Origin: Candidatus Babeliales bacterium
GTDB taxonomy: Bacteria; Babelota; Babeliae; Babelales; JACPOV01
Reading direction: 5' to 3'
Assembly (NCBI GenBank): GCA_036260945.1
Contig: DATALT010000002.1
Location: 722,638-786,637, forward strand
DNA length: 64,000 nt
Made by a program: the position numbers and the translations under genes
Notes under the pieces: generated by a model
Seen by the model: only the letters and a program-made list of their open reading frames with translations
The model's database searches: none
Told to the model about the DNA's origin: nothing
In this document: positions 57,723-64,000 of the stretch, piece by piece
Layout of the letters: each line of letters begins with the position of its first letter
How positions within the stretch are numbered: position 1 is the stretch's first letter

Positions 57723-58451
57723 ATGTACTCGATTAAAAAAATGATTCTTTCTACAGTCGTTATTCTGAGCACAATTGGTTGTATTTTTTATTTTAATCAT
57801 AAGCAAACAGGCCCAAAATTTGCCGAGGGAACAAAAATGCTTATTTTTGATTTCGATGGAACCATCGCAGATTCTCTCCCAGCTCTCTTTCAAGCTCTTA
57901 ATAATAATGCTTCTTACTATGGTTACAAAAAAATAGACAATCTTAATTCTTTAATCGGCAAAGATAGTGCAGAATTGCTTCAAGCTTTTGAGATTTCCTT
58001 TATTAAATTACCGCTTGTTGTTAACGCAATTCGTAAAGAAATAAGCACCCAAATGACATCTATTAAACCGTTTGATAACCTCCTTTCAATTTTTTCGCAA
58101 TTACATTCTCAAGGAATAAAACTAGGGATTGTAACCACAAATTCAACAGAAAATGTTAAACAATTTCTTGCGCACCACAATCTTGATTATTTTGATTTAA
58201 TTCATGGCGGCAATAGCTTGTTCGGCAAAGGAAAAATTCTCCATCAACTATTAAAAGATCATAATCTGAAAGCGTCTGATATTATTTACATCGGGGATGA
58301 AACCCGCGATATAGATGCGGCAAAAGAAAATAGCATTAGATGTGCCGCTGTCACCTGGGGATTATGCACCGCAGAAAAACTCACAATTAAAAAACCAGAT
58401 TTTATGATAAGTGAAAAATCTGAATTATTAGCTCTGGCGCAACTAATTTAG
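57723..58451 (+). CDS. HAD-superfamily phosphatase (PGP-like), possibly with N-terminal TM extension
   Basis: LIFDFDGTIADS (motif I), VTTNS (motif II), GDETRDIDAA (motif IV). An internal ATG at 57837 (GAGGGA SD) would give a conventional cytosolic form. Confidence 0.8.
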   Translation: MYSIKKMILSTVVILSTIGCIFYFNHKQTGPKFAEGTKMLIFDFDGTIADSLPALFQALNNNASYYGYKKIDNLNSLIGKDSAELLQAFEISFIKLPLVVNAIRKEISTQMTSIKPFDNLLSIFSQLHSQGIKLGIVTTNSTENVKQFLAHHNLDYFDLIHGGNSLFGKGKILHQLLKDHNLKASDIIYIGDETRDIDAAKENSIRCAAVTWGLCTAEKLTIKKPDFMISEKSELLALAQLI

Positions 58452-58482
58452 AACTATGCAATTAATAATTTATAAGTAGTTG

Positions 58483-59679
58483 CTATTTTTTTGCCAATAA
58501 CAGAATCATCGCACAAAAACTTAAGCACGCAGCATACGTAAAACCAATTGCTGGCGAAAATAAATTCCAAAGACCCCCAACAAGTGCACTTGAAATAAAA
58601 TCGCCAACGCCATCTATCGCTTGCAGAATACCGAAACCAGTTCCGCGCACATCTTCTGGAAGTAGGGTTGCTGCATGCGCCTTTTTAAGTGCTTTAACCG
58701 TTCCTGAGCTCAATCCCGCAATTCCAAAAAGAAGAAACCATAGTGATACCTGCGTCGGCTCAAAAATAAGGCACATGCTTGTTAGGCCGAATGCGCCGAA
58801 CCCAAAAATAGCCAATAACTTTTTTCGATTCACAAAATCGCTTAATGACCCAATACTGAACTCGCATAATGATCGAATAATGTTAAAAAAAACATAGAAT
58901 AGAATTACCCAACCACTTGCAATAATTGATGAACTTTTCATCACCATATACTGCTTTTGAACGCGATAAATTAAAAGCGTTTGGTTAAAATTACCAAGAC
59001 CAAAAAGAAGCACAACCCAAAGGAAATATTTAAAATCTGGCGGCAGTTGATCTATTTCTTTCAGCCACGGTTGAGGAGATTTACGCATTCGCTCGTTCTC
59101 TTTTATTTCGCGTGTAAAAACGAGGAGCGCAAATAATGAAAAAATACCTGGAATAATTGCAATAAAAAAAATCGTTCTGAATGAAACTTTGTTCACGATA
59201 AAATATGTCAGTAGTGGCCCTACAATCGCCCCAGCGCTATCGAGGGCCCTATTAAAACCAAACGCTCGCCCATAATATTTCGATGTGACGATTTTTGAAA
59301 GCCATGTATCTCGAATTGGCTCACGCATAGCCTTAAAGAGCCACGCAATCGTTTTATAAAATAGAACATTCCACACGGACGATGCTGTTCCGATCAAACC
59401 TACAAAAATAGGCATGATGCCGTAACCAGCAATCAGATAGGGTTTGTAATGAGCAACTGTATCTGCAAGGCGCCCAGATAACACTCTTGTAATCGATGCC
59501 AAGCCGTTTGACAACCCTTCTATAATTCCTAACGCGAACGCTCCATAACCGGGACCAACGAGTTGCTCAATAAACAACGGCAAAATGGGGGTCGTCATTT
59601 CGAAACAAAAATCACTAAAAAAGCTTGTTAATCCAAATCCAACAATAGTTCTATTCAACCAAGAGTGCTTAATCTTCAA
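58483..59679 (-). CDS. MFS transporter
   Basis: About 12 TM. Start uncertain: TTG 59679 (after GGAGAGG) or ATG 59742, which would overlap gpmI by 74 nt. Confidence 0.75.
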   Translation of the reverse strand: MKIKHSWLNRTIVGFGLTSFFSDFCFEMTTPILPLFIEQLVGPGYGAFALGIIEGLSNGLASITRVLSGRLADTVAHYKPYLIAGYGIMPIFVGLIGTASSVWNVLFYKTIAWLFKAMREPIRDTWLSKIVTSKYYGRAFGFNRALDSAGAIVGPLLTYFIVNKVSFRTIFFIAIIPGIFSLFALLVFTREIKENERMRKSPQPWLKEIDQLPPDFKYFLWVVLLFGLGNFNQTLLIYRVQKQYMVMKSSSIIASGWVILFYVFFNIIRSLCEFSIGSLSDFVNRKKLLAIFGFGAFGLTSMCLIFEPTQVSLWFLLFGIAGLSSGTVKALKKAHAATLLPEDVRGTGFGILQAIDGVGDFISSALVGGLWNLFSPAIGFTYAACLSFCAMILLLAKK

Positions 59680-61189
59680 TCTTTTTCCTCTCCATCTCTT
59701 TTGGTAATCGAATGTGCATTTGATTAAGTATCCATGGCGCAATGTCTGCTAATTCTTTAAGGCAAGAAACATCTATTTTTTCTTTTTCAGCGTTCATTGC
59801 AATAAAGTAAACAGGATTTGTTGTATGCGATGTTTGTTCATGGCCTGTTTCGGGATCGATCATTTGCTCTGCATTCCCGTGGTCGCCAGTGATGCAAAGA
59901 ATTCCATGAGCCTTTTTCACACCTTCCCATAGTTTTTTTAATTGATCATCGAGGCACTCGATCGCTTTAACCGTCGCGTTAAAATCTCCTGAATGACCCA
60001 CCATATCAGCATTTGCATAATTTATTAAAAAAAAGTCGTACTTGTTTTCTTGCAATACTTCCAAAGCTCTTTTTGTAATTTCGGGTGCGGACATACACGG
60101 AGCGTCAGCGTAACTGCGATAACCCAGCGATGGGATGAGCACGCGCATTTCGTTGGTTAATTTTTCTTCTTTGAGCCCATTAAAAAAATAGGTAATGTGC
60201 GCATATTTTTCAGTTTCTGCTAATGCACACGTCTTTTTTCCGCTCGCGCTCAATACTTCTTTTAAGGTGTTTTTTACTTCGAGCTGCTCAAACAAAAATG
60301 GCGTATCATTATGTTTATCATACTGCGTCATCGTTATAAAAAATGAAAGTGATACGCGTGATCGAGAAAAATGAGAAAACGATTGAGCAACAAAAGGTTC
60401 TGTTAATTGGCGCGCGCGATCTGGCCTAAAATTGAAAAAAATAAGACCATCATCCGGTTCAATAGTACGCATCGCTTTGAGTTGCGTGGGCGGTACAAAT
60501 TCATCAGAAATATTTTCTGCGTAATAATATTCAAGAGCCGCGCGCCATGATTCAAATTGAATCTCTTGAGGCTCCGTTAATATTTTATAACTTTGCTCGG
60601 TTCTATCCCAATGCTGATCTCTATCCATCGCATAAAATCTGCCATGCAGAGAACCTATCGTTCCAATGCCATTTTTTTTGCACCATATCTCTAATTCATT
60701 TAAAAAATATTCAGCAGATCGTTGGGGAACATCGCGGCCATCAAGAATTGCATGAATAACTACTCGCTCAATATTATTTTCTTTTGCTGCTTTTAGAAGC
60801 GCATAAAGATGCTTAATATCGCTATGAACTCTGCCATTTGAAACTAATCCAATTATATGGAGCTTATTTTTTTTATTGATTTTTCTGAGTGCCTTAACGA
60901 GCATTTTATTTGAAAAAAACTTACCGTTCTTGATTGCAGTATCGATCCGCACCGCATCGCTTTCAATACGTCTACCGGCTCCGATCGTAAGATGCCCAAC
61001 TTCCGAGTTACCAATCCGACCTTTGGCCAAACCAACCGCGTTTCCCGATGCGGCAAGCAATGTATGCGGATACTTTTCGAGAGCCATTTGAAAAAAAGGT
61101 TTTTCTGCATGCGCTATCGCATTTCCGTTTGTTTGTTCACTGCGCCCAAATCCATCCAGTATCACTAAAACTAAGGTTTTTTTTTCCAT
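59669..61189 (-). CDS. gpmI: 2,3-bisphosphoglycerate-independent phosphoglycerate mutase
   Basis: LVILDGFG, the GNSEVGH catalytic Ser region, and ITGDHGNAE. Confidence 0.93.
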   Translation of the reverse strand: MEKKTLVLVILDGFGRSEQTNGNAIAHAEKPFFQMALEKYPHTLLAASGNAVGLAKGRIGNSEVGHLTIGAGRRIESDAVRIDTAIKNGKFFSNKMLVKALRKINKKNKLHIIGLVSNGRVHSDIKHLYALLKAAKENNIERVVIHAILDGRDVPQRSAEYFLNELEIWCKKNGIGTIGSLHGRFYAMDRDQHWDRTEQSYKILTEPQEIQFESWRAALEYYYAENISDEFVPPTQLKAMRTIEPDDGLIFFNFRPDRARQLTEPFVAQSFSHFSRSRVSLSFFITMTQYDKHNDTPFLFEQLEVKNTLKEVLSASGKKTCALAETEKYAHITYFFNGLKEEKLTNEMRVLIPSLGYRSYADAPCMSAPEITKRALEVLQENKYDFFLINYANADMVGHSGDFNATVKAIECLDDQLKKLWEGVKKAHGILCITGDHGNAEQMIDPETGHEQTSHTTNPVYFIAMNAEKEKIDVSCLKELADIAPWILNQMHIRLPKEMERKKIED

Positions 61190-61348
61190 ATCAAGCTCTC
61201 GTTTCTTTTTTTTATATATGGTACACTCCGCTCAACCGATAGCGTACTTTCCGATTAAATCTAATGCCAATAGTCGGAAGTTTGGAAGCTATTAATTCTT
61301 TTTTTATTCAAGCCAATTTTGAAATAATAAACTGTGGAAGGATATACG

Positions 61349-62074
61349 ATGATGCACCTCTTGTTTATTGCTTTATCTTTTTTTACCGCATGCGCTGCAA
61401 ACGATGTGATGGAGTTCGATGAACTGGATCGCGATAACATTTGTATTATTCGCCTTAAAGATCGTGCAACGCAAGAACCATGCATCTGCGTACTTGAGCC
61501 TAATGCATTAAACACAGAAAGCGTTAACATTGCGCGTGAGCAATGCTCAACAAGTTGTGCATTGTGGGATTTCTATGCTCGTTCACCTCGGGAAAATACA
61601 TGCAATCGCCTAACGCACCGATCCGATAATGAATCCAATCAGATCATTCTTTCTATAGAATTTTCCAAAAATACAGCGAATATAGCGGTTTCTCTTGATA
61701 ATTCTTTGGAATTTGAAGACGCGATCATTGTATCGTTGGAAACTATCGCTTCTTTAATTGATGATGCAGTGACTCTTGCTATGCAAAGCCAATCAACAAA
61801 TGCCGCTCAAGACCCTGAAGATCCAGAGCCAACCGAAACCGGCACGGGCACTGGACAAATCCAAGCCCCATACTCAGAATTTGAAGCGTATCCGGATGAA
61901 ATTCCGGCAGTTATTAAACGCAGCGGAGCTACCTATACCGATTATGCTCGGCAAGCATACGCGCTCGCACTTTACCATTATTATTTATTAGCTGATTTTC
62001 TGGATAGCTCTCTCAACAATGTAAAAGCTTATTTTTCGCCAAATCGTTCATATGAAAAAAATTACAACCGATAA
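61349..62074 (+). CDS. Hypothetical lipoprotein/secreted Cys-rich protein
   Basis: GGAAGGA lies 6 nt before ATG 61349. N-terminus MMHLLFIALSFFTAC (lipobox-like). Acidic PEDPEPTETGTGTG linker. Confidence 0.55.
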   Translation: MMHLLFIALSFFTACAANDVMEFDELDRDNICIIRLKDRATQEPCICVLEPNALNTESVNIAREQCSTSCALWDFYARSPRENTCNRLTHRSDNESNQIILSIEFSKNTANIAVSLDNSLEFEDAIIVSLETIASLIDDAVTLAMQSQSTNAAQDPEDPEPTETGTGTGQIQAPYSEFEAYPDEIPAVIKRSGATYTDYARQAYALALYHYYLLADFLDSSLNNVKAYFSPNRSYEKNYNR

Positions 62075-62816
62075 ACATTTTTTTGCTCTTTATTATCCCC
62101 ATGCACAGCGGCATGCAAAATCTTCATTCATCATTACCGATGAATTGATGATTCATCGAGTTGTTCGCGTTCTTCGCTTTGAAAAGAATGATGAATTTAT
62201 CTTATTTGATAAAGAACTTCGTAGCATCGTTATACTTACCGCTGTAGATAAACATTCCATTACCGTACAAGTTTTAGATACTCAAGAAAACATTCAACTC
62301 ACCCCAACGATTACGGTGCTTATTCCCGTCTTAAAGCGAGAAGCGCTCGAAGAAGCGATATACAATGCTGTGGAATGTGGAGCAAATGAAATCCAATTAA
62401 TGATAACCGAAAAAACGCAGCGGGCATGGGGCGGTGCAAAAGAACAAGAGCGATTAGAAAAAATTATTATCGCTGCATCTGAGCAAGCAAAACATTTTAC
62501 GCTTGCTGGTCTCAAAGCGCCAAAAGCGTTCAATGAACTTTTGCAAAGCACAAAAAAAGAACCGTTTATTTTTTTTGACGCCCAAGGAGAGCACCTTTCT
62601 CAAACGATAAAAACATTGCATGGGCAAAAGCACACCCATTTGCGTTTAATGTTTGGGCCTGAGGCAGATCTTTCTTTAGCTGAAAAAGAAACACTCAAAA
62701 AACATAACGCTTTTTGTACTAAACTCACATCTACCATTTTGCGTGCACCCCAAGCGGTTGCCGTTGGAGTTGGCGCTATTCGTTCCCTTTTAACACATGA
62801 TGATAGTGCTCAATAA
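62052..62816 (+). CDS. rsmE: 16S rRNA (uracil1498-N3)-methyltransferase
   Basis: PUA-like N-terminus (HRVVRVLRF), SPOUT C-terminus (MFGPEADLSLAE, TKLTSTILRAPQA). Confidence 0.85.
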   Translation: MKKITTDKHFFALYYPHAQRHAKSSFIITDELMIHRVVRVLRFEKNDEFILFDKELRSIVILTAVDKHSITVQVLDTQENIQLTPTITVLIPVLKREALEEAIYNAVECGANEIQLMITEKTQRAWGGAKEQERLEKIIIAASEQAKHFTLAGLKAPKAFNELLQSTKKEPFIFFDAQGEHLSQTIKTLHGQKHTHLRLMFGPEADLSLAEKETLKKHNAFCTKLTSTILRAPQAVAVGVGAIRSLLTHDDSAQ

Positions 62817-63924
62817 GCTGAGCAATGCATTTTTCTGCACGATAATTTTGTGCAGTTTGAACTGCTCCTTGCGATAGTTTTTGATGCAAATGGTTATCGG
62901 ACGCTAAGGTTTCTAGTTTTGTTTTCATTTCATCGATATTTGCAACTAAAAATCCATTAACCATCGATTGTACAATATCGCGCGAGCCGGGAGCATCAAC
63001 CGCAATAACCGGCAACCCATTTGCCATCGCTTCTGCTAGCACGAGGCCCTGCGTTTCTGTTTTTGATGCAAATATAAACGCATCTGCTGAGCGATATTCA
63101 TGCGAAAGAATTTCTTGCGCCGGCTTTTCTATAAATCGCACTTCATTTGGACTAAATTTACAAAATCCGTATGCATATTTTTGCAATTCATTATACAAAG
63201 ATCCGTAGCCTATCAAGGTTAATTCAAATTTATTGATATCAAGCAATCGCATTGTATCGAGCAAGAAAAATAAATTTTTTTCAGTAACAAATCGAGAAAC
63301 TGTGAGCATTCGAAACCTTTTATTGTTTTTTACATGCTCGCTTGAAAAGAAATGATCCCTTATTGGAGTCGGAATAACGGTGATCGATTTTCTAATGCCG
63401 ACATCTTCCAATTGTTTTTTTATAGACGAACTGGGCGCAATAAGAAGATCGGTACGCGCACAAAAACGCTGCACTAAATAGGTGATAGTTTTTGTCGTTA
63501 CCGGTTGCGGTAGAAGTGGTACGTAATGCGCATACTCTTCGTATTGCGTGTGATAAGTAAATATAAGCGGTATCTTATTTTTATAAGCTAATTGTTGCGC
63601 AACATCCCCCAAGAGAAACGGATGATGCACGTGGATTATATCGGGGCGAAATTCTGCTATCAGCTTTTTCATAAAGGCGTTAATTCTCCAGGGAACCGCC
63701 ATATGATTGCCTTTGTGTAAGAAAGTGATCGCCGATGGAATTCTGATCACATACGATTCATCTTTGCATGGAACACCAAAATCGAGCGTTATGAGCCGAA
63801 CTTCATGGCCTCGCCCCATCAATTCTTCAATTAATATTGTAAGCGCACTCACAACACCGCCGCTATACGGCTTAAAATTATTTGAAACAAAAAGAATTTT
63901 TAATTGTCTCTGATCTTCGAGCAT
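62776..63924 (-). CDS. GT4-family glycosyltransferase
   Basis: ILFVSNNFKPYSGGV N-terminus and the E-x7-E region SKTETQGLVLAEAMANGLPVIA. 41-nt tail-to-tail overlap with rsmE. Confidence 0.85.
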   Translation of the reverse strand: MLEDQRQLKILFVSNNFKPYSGGVVSALTILIEELMGRGHEVRLITLDFGVPCKDESYVIRIPSAITFLHKGNHMAVPWRINAFMKKLIAEFRPDIIHVHHPFLLGDVAQQLAYKNKIPLIFTYHTQYEEYAHYVPLLPQPVTTKTITYLVQRFCARTDLLIAPSSSIKKQLEDVGIRKSITVIPTPIRDHFFSSEHVKNNKRFRMLTVSRFVTEKNLFFLLDTMRLLDINKFELTLIGYGSLYNELQKYAYGFCKFSPNEVRFIEKPAQEILSHEYRSADAFIFASKTETQGLVLAEAMANGLPVIAVDAPGSRDIVQSMVNGFLVANIDEMKTKLETLASDNHLHQKLSQGAVQTAQNYRAEKCIAQLIEHYHHVLKGNE

Positions 63925-64000
63925 GCATTATTCCAGTACGGTTATGTACGAATATAATTTCAGTGTATCTAGAATACGCTCTACCGCCAATTAGAAAAAA

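Noticed and set aside
1-64000. Scan for CRISPR arrays, IS elements or transposases, integrases, rRNA, additional tRNAs and large repeats
   Set aside because: None recognised by eye. The only RNA gene I can support is tRNA-Ser at 7450..7540. A manual scan cannot exclude short dispersed repeats; a self-dot-plot would be needed.

Overview
AT-rich, very gene-dense bacterial chromosome segment. Many gene pairs overlap by 4 nt (ATGA) and few rho-independent terminators are visible. About 60% is housekeeping: rsmA, mreB, tRNA-Ser(CGA), glmU, an sbcD-like nuclease, the envelope operon pheT-lspA-pgpA-(ORF)-comF-(two parvulin-like chaperones), an ABC exporter pair, trhO, murB, yhhQ-tgt-(SpoU methyltransferase), two APC permeases, mraY, mnmG, an SPFH protein, tkt, lgt-dnaG-rpoD, a CorC/TlyC-type CBS protein, typA, truA, gpmI, rsmE and a GT4 glycosyltransferase. 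lgt, lspA, OMP-like proteins ending in Phe and peptidoglycan genes indicate a diderm. The remainder is about 20 lineage-specific exported or membrane ORFans, some with eukaryote-like signatures, which suggests a host-associated or intracellular lifestyle (inference only; no taxon can be assigned from the sequence). I found no CRISPR array, transposase or integrase, prophage, rRNA, or recognisable defence or toxin-antitoxin module. I cannot name a complete new system with confidence. The best candidates for a second look are: (1) a yhhQ-tgt salvage operon whose Tgt has a remodelled active site; (2) two adjacent secreted proteins sharing a precise C-terminal anchor (GF-x2-GA-x13-FVWWK-basic) that looks like a sorting signal, with looser relatives elsewhere in the window; (3) a small islet (22.0-24.9 kb) with a BTB/Skp1-like + LRR gene split at an A7 run, followed by a membrane-anchored protein-kinase-like ORF; (4) a secreted protein with an M49 (DPP III)-type HExxGH...ExRAD signature inside the lspA-pgpA envelope operon. 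All family assignments are motif recognition by eye. Nothing was searched or computed beyond manual translation.
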